The notes: generated by a model from the sequence alone, not told the origin. 64,000 nucleotides of DNA from Candidatus Poribacteria bacterium (GCA_965215015.1 OZ244042.1:4352001-4416000); one strand, 5' to 3'. Positions 1 through 10,112 are shown, counted from the stretch's first letter. Translations and numbers: made by a program.

Positions 1-176
1 ACAATCGAAATCTATTCGTAGCCACAGGTTTCCTAACCTGTGCTCTCCGCATTCACTTGTGCGTTTGCATATTTCTAGGTGCTTATAATATTGCACCGGA
101 GAGAAAAAATCGGATATACTTAATGGCTGAGAATTAAAACGCATTTTATTAAGTTATTTATAGGCAGGAGAGATAG

Positions 177-1580
177 ATGACACAGAAAACGATGTTTGAA
201 AAAATTTGGGATGCACACATCGTCCACGAAATACCGGGCGAAACAACAATCCTCTATATTGATACGCATCTCGTTCACGAAATTACCTCTGCACAGGCGT
301 TTGAAGGCCTCCGCCTCACAGGCCGAAAGGTGCGCCGCCCGGATCTTACTTTTGCAACCATGGATCACAACGTGCCGACCACGGATCGATTTCTCCCAAT
401 CCAAGATCAGATTGCCGCCAAACAGATGGAGGTATTGGCACAGAATTGCGCCGAAACCGGTATCACCTTATATGACCTGCATAGCCCCAATCAGGGCATC
501 GTGCATGTGATTGGCCCCGAACTGGGTATCACCCAACCCGGGAAGACAATCGTTTGCGGGGACAGCCACACCTCAACACATGGGGCGTTGGGTGCGCTTG
601 CCATCGGCATTGGAACCAGTGAAGTGGAGCATGTCTTAGCGACCCAGTGCCTCTTGCAGCAACGTCCCCAAACCTTCAAGGTCGAGGTTGACGGAAAGCT
701 GGGACGCGGGGTTACTGCAAAGGATATTATTCTGGGGATTATCGGCAAGATCGGGACCGCCGGCGGAACCGGCTCAGTGATTGAATACACCGGCTCAGCC
801 ATTCGGGCGTTGAGCGTTGAGGAACGGATGACAGTTTGCAATATGTCCATTGAAGCGGGTGCGCGTGCCGGCATGATCGCCCCCGATGACAAAACGTACG
901 AATACCTCGCTGGACGTGAATTTTGCCCGCAGGGTGAGGCGTTCGATCGTGCGGTCGAAGCATGGAAACAGTTGCCAACAGACGAGGGAGCGGTCTACGA
1001 CAAATCGATTGCTATTGACGCTGCAACCCTCGCACCCCAGGTGACATGGGGAACGAATCCGGGGATGGTCACTGAGGTAACGGGACAGGTGCCGGATCCG
1101 GATCAGATGCCAACATCGGATCAGAAACGGGCAGCGGAGCACGCCTTGGTGTATATGGACTTAAAACCGCTGACGCAGGTTGAGGATATTCAGATCGATA
1201 AGGTGTTTATCGGGAGTTGCACCAATTCTCGAATTGAGGACCTCCGCGTTGCCGCTGAGGTTGCTAAGGGAAAAAAGGTCGCCCCAACGGTGAACGCGCT
1301 TGTTGTGCCGGGGTCACAGGCGGTCAAGCGACAGGCGGAAGCGGAAGGCTTGGACGAGATTTTCCGCGCGGCAGGATTTGAATGGCGTGAGTCCGGCTGT
1401 AGCATGTGTCTCGGCATGAACCCGGATATCCTGATGCCGGGCGAACGGTGTGCCAGCACATCGAACCGAAATTTTGAGGGAAGACAAGGCAAGGGAGGAC
1501 GGACGCATCTGGTCAGTCCGCAGATGGCTGCGGGGGCTGCGATTGCTGGGCATTTTGTGGATATTCGGACGTGGGAGTAG
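177..1580 (+). CDS. leuC: 3-isopropylmalate dehydratase large subunit
   Basis: [39 protein letters not shown] and [12 protein letters not shown] motifs of LeuC; SD GGAGAG upstream. Confidence 0.97.
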   Translation: MTQKTMFEKIWDAHIVHEIPGETTILYIDTHLVHEITSAQAFEGLRLTGRKVRRPDLTFATMDHNVPTTDRFLPIQDQIAAKQMEVLAQNCAETGITLYDLHSPNQGIVHVIGPELGITQPGKTIVCGDSHTSTHGALGALAIGIGTSEVEHVLATQCLLQQRPQTFKVEVDGKLGRGVTAKDIILGIIGKIGTAGGTGSVIEYTGSAIRALSVEERMTVCNMSIEAGARAGMIAPDDKTYEYLAGREFCPQGEAFDRAVEAWKQLPTDEGAVYDKSIAIDAATLAPQVTWGTNPGMVTEVTGQVPDPDQMPTSDQKRAAEHALVYMDLKPLTQVEDIQIDKVFIGSCTNSRIEDLRVAAEVAKGKKVAPTVNALVVPGSQAVKRQAEAEGLDEIFRAAGFEWRESGCSMCLGMNPDILMPGERCASTSNRNFEGRQGKGGRTHLVSPQMAAGAAIAGHFVDIRTWE

Positions 1581-1597
1581 GGCGGGGAAATTATACT

Positions 1598-2608
1598 CTA
1601 TCTACTCAACAGCAAAAGCGCGTCCCGAGCAGCAGTATTTCCTTGTCGAGCGGCTCTTCGATACCATTTGACCGCCTCTCCATTGTTCTTGCTACGCCTA
1701 TACTTTATCCCAAGAGAGAGCTGGGCTCGGGCACTACCTTTCTCGGCACGCAATTTCAATTGTTCTAGAGCTGCTGCGTCTTGTTTTGGGACTGTTGCAT
1801 CAGTCCGTCGAGGCCGGGCAGCCTTCACCTTCGATTGGTTTCTACCGCCCTCGCGTCTATACTCCCGCATTCCCCTTCCACTGCTTCTTTGCATTGTACC
1901 GGCTCTATTGGTTTGCTTCAGGTGCTTCCTATGTGAGTTCTTTGGTTTTCCTGAATTTTTCTTCTTCTTAACCTGAACACTTGCACAGTTATCTGACAAA
2001 TGCTCACCCTTACCTCCCTGAAAATCCCGGATGGAGGTCTGTTGTTTGGTTGCCCTGAGTTTCTCCTCTGCATTACGCTGCTTCTCCGCCTCGCGTCGAC
2101 ATTTCTGTTCTGCCTCCCATTGACGCTTTTTCACCGCGCCATCCGCTTCCCGTCTAAATCTTTTGGCTTCCCTAAGTTTCTCCTCCGCTTCCAATCTTAG
2201 CATCTCTGCTTGAATATGCTTCAGTTCAGTAAATTCATCGTCCTCTGTTAGCCCTGCTACTTTATTACGTTTGGAGTCAGTAAATTTGTCATTGAGTGCC
2301 TTGAGTTGTTCTGTCATCATTGCCCTTAGCTCTTCAACTATCTGCTCATCTCGTGAATAAAGTGGTTCCTCAATAAACTTTAGCAGATCGATAGTCTCCT
2401 CTTTACCCTTTAACAGACTGTGGCAGTTTCCACAGAGTGTCAAGCCGTTATCAAGTTCGGTGGCAAAGCCAGGGTATTTCACTAACGATTTGATGTGGTG
2501 GATTTGGAGATTAGTATCAAATCCGCATCGACGACAGGCATTTTCATCGCGCTGTCTAACATCTTGTCTCCACTGTTGGTATTCTGCTGATGTGCGATCA
2601 TTTGGCAC
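1598..2608 (-). CDS. HNH endonuclease-domain protein with charged coiled-coil and C-terminal Sel1-like repeat
   Basis: N-terminal RD..CRRC..HHI..N..TLCGNCH HNH motif; C-terminal AQLSLG..Y..EAVKWYRRAARQG Sel1-like repeat; AGGAG before a GTG start. Confidence 0.8.
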   Translation of the reverse strand: MPNDRTSAEYQQWRQDVRQRDENACRRCGFDTNLQIHHIKSLVKYPGFATELDNGLTLCGNCHSLLKGKEETIDLLKFIEEPLYSRDEQIVEELRAMMTEQLKALNDKFTDSKRNKVAGLTEDDEFTELKHIQAEMLRLEAEEKLREAKRFRREADGAVKKRQWEAEQKCRREAEKQRNAEEKLRATKQQTSIRDFQGGKGEHLSDNCASVQVKKKKNSGKPKNSHRKHLKQTNRAGTMQRSSGRGMREYRREGGRNQSKVKAARPRRTDATVPKQDAAALEQLKLRAEKGSARAQLSLGIKYRRSKNNGEAVKWYRRAARQGNTAARDALLLLSR

Positions 2609-2646
2609 TGGGAGGCTCCTTTTTCATTGACCAATTTCAATGATTT

Positions 2647-3420
2647 TCAAGTTTGTTCACATGAATCAACAATCCGCAGCAGATGACTTGCCAAAACTAT
2701 CACTTCAACTGCTTCTTCTGCAGTCACATTAACATTTCGGTGACTGCCGGGATTTTTATAGGACCCAATTGCACCAGCAAATAGATCGGATCTAGCCTGC
2801 CTTTCTGATTTGGGTTGATTGGAATCGGTTAACTTACCCGTATCGGTGTGAAAGGCTTTACGCATCAAATCTAACCCATAATCCGTGTCGGCATAGCCCC
2901 CAGCTTTGCGGACAGCGATTTCAACCTCTTTGAACCCTTGAAAAATGGCGGTATCATAGTCACCTCGTAAAAACGTTGCCCATACTTTTTGGGCGATTAT
3001 GGGATGAAGTTGATCTCTCGGTAAAAGGTCTGCCTTGCGATAAGCTACTAGGTCCTCACGCGTTTTGATTGTCTGCCCTCGTCTTGTGACGAAGTATCTA
3101 GTTCGCGTACTGACGGATGTTTCGTCTGGTAAGCGAGTTGGTCTTGGGACAATAAACCCTTCCCTTTCCAACCACTGCCAAGCCTCCATGAGTGCAAAGA
3201 GAATTTTCTCGTCACGTGCAGGGGGATATCTTTGACGCATCTCTCCTGGTTTACCCTCGAATGACCTTGACATGAGATCGGATGATATGACCTCGTCCCG
3301 AGCTATACGTTGATTACCCTCTAAAGATACTAAGAGCACTCCGGCAAGGTCCTCTGGTTCAAGGCTTAATAAAGAATCTGCGTCTTGAAGTATATCAAAT
3401 AGCTTTGAGAATATTTGCAT
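2647..3420 (-). CDS. TIGR02391-family protein
   Basis: C-terminal LHP..GDYDTAIF..FKEVE..VR..G..LMRKAF..LFAGAIG.YKNPGSHR..EA.E...ASHLLRIVD pattern; SD AAGGAGG. Confidence 0.8.
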   Translation of the reverse strand: MQIFSKLFDILQDADSLLSLEPEDLAGVLLVSLEGNQRIARDEVISSDLMSRSFEGKPGEMRQRYPPARDEKILFALMEAWQWLEREGFIVPRPTRLPDETSVSTRTRYFVTRRGQTIKTREDLVAYRKADLLPRDQLHPIIAQKVWATFLRGDYDTAIFQGFKEVEIAVRKAGGYADTDYGLDLMRKAFHTDTGKLTDSNQPKSERQARSDLFAGAIGSYKNPGSHRNVNVTAEEAVEVIVLASHLLRIVDSCEQT

Positions 3421-3511
3421 GGTATATTACCTTCCTTCGTTGTCCTTGTCATGTCAGAATTTGGCAGTGAGATTTAGCAAATATGGATTAAAGCTGATAA
3501 CAGCGAGTCCG

Positions 3512-3690
3512 TCAATGCCACTTGGCAAGCTGGTTCTGTGCTGAGACATTGCCAGCCTCAGCGGCTTTACGATACCATTTGACTGCCTCGGCATTGTCTT
3601 GAGGGATACATTTTGATACATCCAACCAAGGTCATTTTGGGCTGCGGGATACGCCTTGCTTGGCAGGTTGTCGCAATTGCTTTAATGTTC
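3512..3690 (-). pseudogene. Frameshifted Sel1-repeat protein remnant
   Basis: Manual translation across two frameshifts gives LKQLRQPAKQG / AAQNDLGWMYQN / IPQDNAEAVKWYRKAAEAGNVSAQNQLAKWH*. Confidence 0.75.
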
Positions 3691-3784
3691 CCGTTTTTCG
3701 GGCTTGTCCTTTTGGCTTCAATCCGTTGGTATTCTGATGATATGAGGGCATCTGGCGTGGGAATTTTCCTTAAAATCTGCCTTG

Positions 3785-4561
3785 TTACGCTTGACCAATC
3801 ATACCTTCCCAAGGGCTCGATGCTGTTGCGTAGAGTTTTCTCGGAATCCGTCCCGCCAGGAATGCCTCCCTGCCCGCTTCGACCGCCTTTCGCATGGCGG
3901 TTGCCATCAGTACCGGTTGACGTGCTTTGGCAACCGCGGTACTGAGTAAGACGCCATCGCAGCCAAGTTCCATCGCAATCGCCGCATCGGAAGCGGTCCC
4001 GACGCCCGCATCAACGATGACAGGGACGCTGACGGTGTCGCGGATAATCTGAATGTTGTACGGGTTGCGAATGCCCATGCCGGACCCAATCGGTGCACCC
4101 AACGGCATCACCGTCACACACCCGATGTCTTCCAACTTCTTGCACGTAATCGGATCATCGTTGCAGTAGGGCATCACGGTGAACCCATCTTTGACCAACG
4201 TTGCAGCTGCGGGTAACAACTGCTCAACATCGGGAAATAGGGTCTGGTCGTCGCCGATGACCTCTAACTTGACGAGTGAGGTTTCGAGTGCCTCGCGTGC
4301 AAGTTGCGCTGTCAACACAGCGTCTTTTGCCGTAAAGCAGCCTGAAGTGTTCGGTAAAATTGTATATCCCTTCTCGCGGAGGAGGTTGAACAGATTTTCC
4401 CCTAAAGTATCGCTGAGTTTCACCCGGCGCATAGCAACGGTGGCGATTTCTGCACCACTCGCTTCAAGTGACCGCATCATCAGGTCAAAGTTAGGGTAAC
4501 CGGCTGTGCCGATTAGCAGTCGTGATTGATAAACGGTATCACCAATTTTGATTCCTTCCAT
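3785..4561 (-). CDS. thiG: Thiazole synthase
   Basis: [37 protein letters not shown] motifs; downstream of thiO and thiS. Confidence 0.97.
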   Translation of the reverse strand: MEGIKIGDTVYQSRLLIGTAGYPNFDLMMRSLEASGAEIATVAMRRVKLSDTLGENLFNLLREKGYTILPNTSGCFTAKDAVLTAQLAREALETSLVKLEVIGDDQTLFPDVEQLLPAAATLVKDGFTVMPYCNDDPITCKKLEDIGCVTVMPLGAPIGSGMGIRNPYNIQIIRDTVSVPVIVDAGVGTASDAAIAMELGCDGVLLSTAVAKARQPVLMATAMRKAVEAGREAFLAGRIPRKLYATASSPWEGMIGQA

Positions 4562-5342
4562 TTTTTCCCTCTTTCGCCATCATTTGAAGTCTTCTCAACC
4601 CAATCTTGACGTAATCTTCTTCTATCTCTATCCCAATTGATTGACGCCCTAATTTTTTTGCGACAAAAGATGTCGTAAATGTGCCAGCGAAAGGGTCAAG
4701 AACGAGATCACCGGGGTTTGAACTTGCGCGAACAATTCGTTCAAGTAGCGCAACGGGTTTTTGAGTCGGATGTTGTTCATACTCATCCATTCTGTAACGG
4801 ACACGCGGAAAGTCCCAAACATTACCCGGCACTTTTCTTGAACTGTATTGTGTGGGGACTGATTTTCGATAATCAATTAATTTGCGCTTTGCTCCTGTCT
4901 TTGCTTCAACAAGGATGTCATCTGCATTGAAAGTGTATCGCTGCTTATCTTTCACACAGAATAGGATGGGTTCATATAGAGAACCGTAATATTTTTTCGC
5001 TTGGACCCCCGAACTATCGTACGACCAAACAATACGAGACAGGATACAAATTTTGTCCCGAAGGTAGAGGTCAAAATAGGGCATATTCTGGGTGGCAGCC
5101 ATGAGATAGAAACTACCTTTATTTTTCAGTTTACGAAGGCAAAGGTCAATCCACTTATAGCACCATTCAAGGTATATCTCTTCAGAAGTCCACTTATCCT
5201 TTCTACCGTTGAAGTTTTTGCCGATATTGTAGGGAGGGTCTGCAAAAATTAAGTCTACTGAGCTATCAGAAATTTTTCTGGACAAGACTTCAAGTGTATC
5301 CCCCCAAATTATCAGATGGTTCCCGTTTTCCAAGGCTTCCAT
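4539..5342 (-). CDS. Orphan beta-class N6A/N4C DNA methyltransferase (YhdJ-like)
   Basis: DPPYN (motif IV) precedes HPTQKP and [10 protein letters not shown] (motif I); 3' end overlaps the thiG start. Confidence 0.9.
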   Translation of the reverse strand: MEALENGNHLIIWGDTLEVLSRKISDSSVDLIFADPPYNIGKNFNGRKDKWTSEEIYLEWCYKWIDLCLRKLKNKGSFYLMAATQNMPYFDLYLRDKICILSRIVWSYDSSGVQAKKYYGSLYEPILFCVKDKQRYTFNADDILVEAKTGAKRKLIDYRKSVPTQYSSRKVPGNVWDFPRVRYRMDEYEQHPTQKPVALLERIVRASSNPGDLVLDPFAGTFTTSFVAKKLGRQSIGIEIEEDYVKIGLRRLQMMAKEGKNGRNQNW

Positions 5343-5367
5343 AACTTTCTCATTTCGGATTAAAGGC

Positions 5368-5574
5368 CTAGCCTCCCTGTGCTGCTCGAATAATCTCGAT
5401 TTCGCTTTCGGGTTGGATTTCCGTTTCCCCCCACTCGTTTCTGAGAATTACTTCTTGGTTGACTGCGACAGCAATGCCCGGTCGAGAGGGATTTATTTTT
5501 AGGTCCAAAAGCAGCTGATGGAGGGTTAATCCCGGTAAAACTTTTTTGGTTTCGCCGTTTACTTTTATGTTCAT
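5368..5574 (-). CDS. thiS: Sulfur carrier protein ThiS
   Basis: 68 aa, I.VNGE start, IAVAVNQEVI, C-terminal GG. Confidence 0.95.
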   Translation of the reverse strand: MNIKVNGETKKVLPGLTLHQLLLDLKINPSRPGIAVAVNQEVILRNEWGETEIQPESEIEIIRAAQGG

Positions 5575-5589
5575 GTGCTTCTCTCCTAA

Positions 5590-6747
5590 TTACCCAAACC
5601 GAGATAGTTGAAAAGGCGCGATGGTTTCCGAAGTTTCCCCTGTTAGGATGAGCGAAGCGATTTCACGGGCAGTGATGGGGGTAAGCAGGATGCCGTTGCG
5701 GTAGTGTCCGGTTGCCATAATGAGATTTTCGACGCCCGTTTCGCCGAGAATCGGCGCGTTGTCTCGACTACCGGGACGCAAACCGGTCCATGTCTCCAGG
5801 ACTGGGAGATCATATATTCCCGGGACAGCTTCCCAAGTGCCTCTGAGGAGTTCAAATAAGCCGCCCGCCGTCAGGCGTGTGTCGAATCCCATCTCTTCAC
5901 TCGTCGCGCCAATTACCAAACGACCGTCATCTTTTGGTACCAGATAGACATCCGCCGGATATTTGGCACGCGGCGCACGGATGACCTTTTGCAGAATAAT
6001 TCCCTCCTCCATCTGCAATGCGAGCATCTGCCCCTTAACAGGACGGACAGGGGGTTGCACGGCTTTCGGTAGGCCGTCAATATCACTTGACCAGCAGCCC
6101 GCTGCCAGCACAATGACCTCGGCTTCTTCTAAATTGCCTTTGACCCAAACTCCTTTTGCTTTTCCATCTACAATTTCAATTTTGTCAACAGGTGTGTTTT
6201 CGTATAGTGTCCCGTTTGCTTTCTGATATGCTCCAATTAATGCGTCGACCATCGCCCGGTTATCAACCTGATGGTCATCTCTACTCCAAATAGCCGCAGT
6301 AATTTTGGGAGAGAGCAGTGGCTCCATCTCACGCGCTTCTGCGCCGGTGAGCCACTCAACTTTCAGATTTAAGAGTTGTTGAGATTCGTAGTGGTGTTCC
6401 AATTCACGCGCATCGTCTCGATCTACCCCGACGATGAGTGTGCCTTCAGCGCGGTAGCCGACGTTCATCTGACTGTCGGTCTCTAACTCGGCAACCCACT
6501 CTGGATACATCCGAGAACTCTGAACACCTAATTTGAGGAGGTCTCGTTCCTCAAAGTGGACTTCCGCGTGTGGTGCTAACATCCCTGCAGCTGCCCACGA
6601 TGCTGCGCGTCCAGTCTGATCGCGTTCATAGATCGAGACGACGCAACTCGCCTTCGCTAGTTGCCAACCGATACCGAGCCCGATTACCCCACCGCCAATG
6701 ATAATTACCCGCTTATTTGAATGTGTGTTGTAGATTGGCGTAGTCAT
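5590..6747 (-). CDS. thiO: Glycine oxidase
   Basis: GGGVIG FAD motif, ASWAAAGML, PVKGQM, WTGLRP, GHYRNGILL; adjacent to thiS. Confidence 0.93.
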   Translation of the reverse strand: MTTPIYNTHSNKRVIIIGGGVIGLGIGWQLAKASCVVSIYERDQTGRAASWAAAGMLAPHAEVHFEERDLLKLGVQSSRMYPEWVAELETDSQMNVGYRAEGTLIVGVDRDDARELEHHYESQQLLNLKVEWLTGAEAREMEPLLSPKITAAIWSRDDHQVDNRAMVDALIGAYQKANGTLYENTPVDKIEIVDGKAKGVWVKGNLEEAEVIVLAAGCWSSDIDGLPKAVQPPVRPVKGQMLALQMEEGIILQKVIRAPRAKYPADVYLVPKDDGRLVIGATSEEMGFDTRLTAGGLFELLRGTWEAVPGIYDLPVLETWTGLRPGSRDNAPILGETGVENLIMATGHYRNGILLTPITAREIASLILTGETSETIAPFQLSRFG

Positions 6748-6840
6748 AATTAACAGACTTCCAAGCCATCCCCCAATCGGATGAACTTCCCCCGGAACGG
6801 GGGATTATTACAGAGGTCATGTTAAGAAATTGTGCAGCAG

Positions 6841-6870
6841 CCCCGAGTTTTTTTTTGGAAAAACTCGGGG
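6841..6870. repeat. Intergenic inverted repeat (CCCCGAGTTTTT...AAAAACTCGGGG)
   Basis: Perfect 12-bp stem read directly from the sequence. Confidence 0.6.
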
Positions 6871-7087
6871 ACTCTTTGCGTTTTGCACTGTTTTTTAACC
6901 CCGTAGGTCGGGCTTCCAGGCCCGGCAGTACCAACGAACTAATAGTTTTCACGTTTCAGGCATCACATTTGACGCTTTTTGCGTTTGGCCCTTTCTTTTG
7001 ACATGAGCCATTACAGATAGCTGTCTTTCTAATTTTAGCGTACTTTCACCCCTTCTACAATGAAAAAATATCTATTTGGAAATTCCG

Positions 7088-7117
7088 TTGCGTATTTCTA
7101 TCTATTTGTGCTATACT
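7088..7117 (+). promoter_or_regulatory. Putative sigma70 promoter of rpsA
   Basis: TTGCGT-N18-TATACT with TG extension. Confidence 0.5.
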
Positions 7118-7228
7118 ATATATGTTTAACTAATGTCAGAAGTTTGACCTAATATCGGTCAGTAGTCACCTTGAAAAAAGGAGGAGCTGGTGAATCAAAT
7201 CTATCAAATCTAGTGCCGTCATCAGGTT

Positions 7229-9310
7229 TTGAATAGAGCCAGTCACATGATGAACGAGGATTCAAAAAAGGAACAGGAAACAACAGATCAGCCCGCAGTC
7301 GAAGTGGAAATCACTTCTGCAGTTGAAACTGAGGGGGAGTTGGAAACTTCTCCTGAAAGTGACAACGACACTCAGTTAGAGGATCAATCTGCTGAAGAGC
7401 ATCATCCACAAGATGCGGAACAGCGGGTGCAGCCAACGGAAGGGATGGAGGAAAAGGGCGAGAGGGCTCCTCTGTCTGAGGGTGAATCGGACGAAGCCCA
7501 GGCGACCGATGAAACTCCTTCTGTTGATGAGTCCGCAGTAGTAGAGGCATCTGCTGAGGCGCCAGAAGGGACATCGGAGCTCGCCGAGATCGAATCCCTT
7601 GAGGAAGCCTATGATAATTCCCTGAGAGCTTTTTCAGAGGGGGAAATCGTTAAGGGAACGGTGATTAATGTCGATCATGATGAAGTTATGGTCGACATTG
7701 GGTTCAAATCAGAAGGATATATTCCAGTATCAGAATTTGGGGTCGATGAAAACCGTATGCCTGCCGTAAATGTCGGTGACCAGATTGACGTGTACATCGT
7801 CCGCAGAGAAGATGCCGAGGGTCAGCTGGTTTTATCCAAAGAGATTGCCGACCAGAAATTGGTTTGGGACGAAATCACTGAGGCTTACGAAGCGGGACGA
7901 GTTGTGACAGGAACCGTCGTGCAGCGCATTAAGGGTGGACTGCAGGTAAATCTCGGTAAATTACGGGCTTTCCTGCCCGCATCTCAGATTGAGTTACGGC
8001 CTCCACAAAATTTTGAACAATATATTGGTCAGACCCTTGAAGCAAAAGTTGTTAAGCTTAGCAAGCGTCGCCGTAATATTGTCCTGTCCCGACGTGTAAT
8101 CCTTGAAGAGGAGTTGGCAGCGCAAAAGACCGCTCTCTTTGAGAATCTTGCAACAAACCAAATTCGATCCGGAGTTGTAAAGAGTATCACCACTTTTGGT
8201 GCGTTTGTTGACCTTGGTGGTATTGATGGATTGCTCCACAAAACAGATATGTCGTGGCGTCGAGTCAACCATCCGTCCGAGGTCGTTTCGGTGGGGGAGG
8301 AAATAGAGGTGATGGTCATCTCTGTTGACCGCGACACCGAAAAGGTCTCCCTTGGATTAAAACAGAAGACGGTGGATCCATGGGAGTCCGTTGAAGAGAA
8401 ATATCCTATCGGCTCCACTGTTACAGGAAAAGTGGTTGGCATTGTCAACTATGGGGCATTTCTTGAGCTGGAGGAGGGTGTCGAAGGACTGATCCATATA
8501 TCGGAGATGTCTTGGACACGCCGCAACATTGCGCCATCAAAGGTTGTCACAAAGGACGATGGTATTGACGCAGTTGTTCTGGATATAGACAAAGGCAATC
8601 AGAAGCTATCTCTTGGATTGAAGCAACTTCATCCCAATCCGTGGGAGCTTTTGGAGACGAAATATCCCGTCGGGACCAAGCTCACAGGGCGTGTGCGCAA
8701 CCTGACCAATTTTGGTGCCTTCGTCGAAATTGAGGAGGGAATTGATGGTTTAATCCATATTTCTGATCTTTCTTGGCTGAAGCGGATTGTTGACCCTCGC
8801 GAGGTACTGAAAGAAGGCGATGAGGTTGAAGTCATGGTTTTAATCATCGATCCTGCGCAGCAGAAAATTTCTTTAGGGCTTAAACAGATCGAGCCGGATC
8901 CATGGATAGAAGTTCCGAATAAGTACAAAATTGGATCCGTGGTACGTGGAAAGGTTGTGAACATAACTAGCTTCGGTGTGTTTGCACAGCTCGAAGAGGA
9001 CATCGAAGGGCTCATCCACATTTCTGAGATTGCTGAACAGCGGATTGACAAGCCAGAAGATATCGTTTCGGTTGGCGAAGAATTGAATCTGAAAGTGATT
9101 CACCTAGATCCAACTGAACGGCGCATCGGTCTGTCTTTAAAAGCCGCACAGGCTGAACAGGAGCGTGCGACCATTACTCAGTATCAACGAGAACAAGAGG
9201 AGCGTTCCCAGTCTCCACAAAAAGACCGGGAGAAACTGACAGCGTTTGGAGGATTATTACAGGAAGAACTAAATAAATCGGATTCCGAAGAGACTTCTGA
9301 AGAAAATTGA
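7229..9310 (+). CDS. rpsA: 30S ribosomal protein S1 with long acidic N-terminal extension
   Basis: Six S1 repeats (VDIGFKSEG, AFLPASQI, GAFVDLGGIDGLLH, EGLIHISE); ~120-aa E/D-rich extension; true start may be ATG 7247/7250. Confidence 0.96.
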   Translation: MNRASHMMNEDSKKEQETTDQPAVEVEITSAVETEGELETSPESDNDTQLEDQSAEEHHPQDAEQRVQPTEGMEEKGERAPLSEGESDEAQATDETPSVDESAVVEASAEAPEGTSELAEIESLEEAYDNSLRAFSEGEIVKGTVINVDHDEVMVDIGFKSEGYIPVSEFGVDENRMPAVNVGDQIDVYIVRREDAEGQLVLSKEIADQKLVWDEITEAYEAGRVVTGTVVQRIKGGLQVNLGKLRAFLPASQIELRPPQNFEQYIGQTLEAKVVKLSKRRRNIVLSRRVILEEELAAQKTALFENLATNQIRSGVVKSITTFGAFVDLGGIDGLLHKTDMSWRRVNHPSEVVSVGEEIEVMVISVDRDTEKVSLGLKQKTVDPWESVEEKYPIGSTVTGKVVGIVNYGAFLELEEGVEGLIHISEMSWTRRNIAPSKVVTKDDGIDAVVLDIDKGNQKLSLGLKQLHPNPWELLETKYPVGTKLTGRVRNLTNFGAFVEIEEGIDGLIHISDLSWLKRIVDPREVLKEGDEVEVMVLIIDPAQQKISLGLKQIEPDPWIEVPNKYKIGSVVRGKVVNITSFGVFAQLEEDIEGLIHISEIAEQRIDKPEDIVSVGEELNLKVIHLDPTERRIGLSLKAAQAEQERATITQYQREQEERSQSPQKDREKLTAFGGLLQEELNKSDSEETSEEN

Positions 9311-9375
9311 CACGTAAGCGTTCAGTTTGAACTTGAGTGCTTGCGTGAACTATTCCACATTATTTCAAATTGTAG

Positions 9376-9527
9376 TAGGACTTACGCGGTTGAACCCTCA
9401 AAGCCTTGTAGTTCGGCGATTGATCGCCGCCGGACACCGTTGCCAACGCCCGATGAATCGGGCAACTACAGCAGAGGCTCCATAAGGCACACCGACTGGT
9501 GTGCCCTACTGAAGTACGTAACTCCTA
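9376..9527. mobile_element. MITE-like element, TAGGACTTACGC terminal inverted repeats, nested REP hairpins
   Basis: Ends TAGGACTTACGC / ACGTAACTCCTA; shares TTGTAGTTCGGC and GGCACACCGAyTGGTGTGCCCTAC with 24695-24830. Confidence 0.65.
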
Positions 9528-9738
9528 TTGTAGATTGTTATCGCTCAACCTGCAGAGAAGATCTCGATGATGTCAATCTGCCGTTTCGCAACTATCATGA
9601 GGCGTGAAACGTGATGAATCTTTCACGCCTCACTTTTCAGGTATGGCTGTGGTTATTATCTAGCTGCATAGGTTATGTGATAGCACAATATTTCTTTGTT
9701 AATATATTCAGTACCTTACCGCTATCCTTCCCTTGTTG

Positions 9739-10112
9739 CTTAAAGCCTTTCGCCGCGAGTGACGAGGGGGTCTAATCTTTTCACTATGGCACGCGCTTGT
9801 TGACGCGTATTGCTTACTGCGCTTCATGCTGGCCCGTCTGCGTGCTAGGCTAGGCAGACAAGATAACGTGCAGAGTTGGTAGACCTCCTCAAGGTTTTAG
9901 TGATAGGGTGCCACCCCCAGCAATACCGATAAAATTGTCGAAAATCCATTATAACTGATTAGGATTCCTCATGCTCCCAGATCGGGGGTGGAAGGAATGC
10001 ACTCGGCATGGGCATGGATTGCTCTTCCCGAACCTTCACGCTGCTTAAAAACAGGTGCTGTGAAGGTTCTTTCATGCAGCCTGAGGCTTCCGCAAGCTTA
10101 GGAAAGCCTTTT
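9739..10112 (+). ncRNA. Candidate structured ncRNA, family unassigned
   Basis: Long-range pairings TAAAGCCTT/AAGGTTTTA, GAGGGGGTCTA/TAGACCTCCTC, GCACG..CTTGT/ACAAG..CGTGC plus hairpins GAACCTTCAC/GTGAAGGTTC and AGGCTT(T)CC/GGAAAGCCT; no ORF of 60 aa or more. Confidence 0.4.

Noticed and set aside
6748-7228. TPP riboswitch upstream of thiO
   Set aside because: No CTGAGA and CCTGAT..TAAT core found together on the minus strand; the region is mostly hairpin repeats
9900-9925. T-box-like GGGTGGCACC on the minus strand
   Set aside because: It points toward the 3' end of rpsA, with no stem I, terminator or downstream gene
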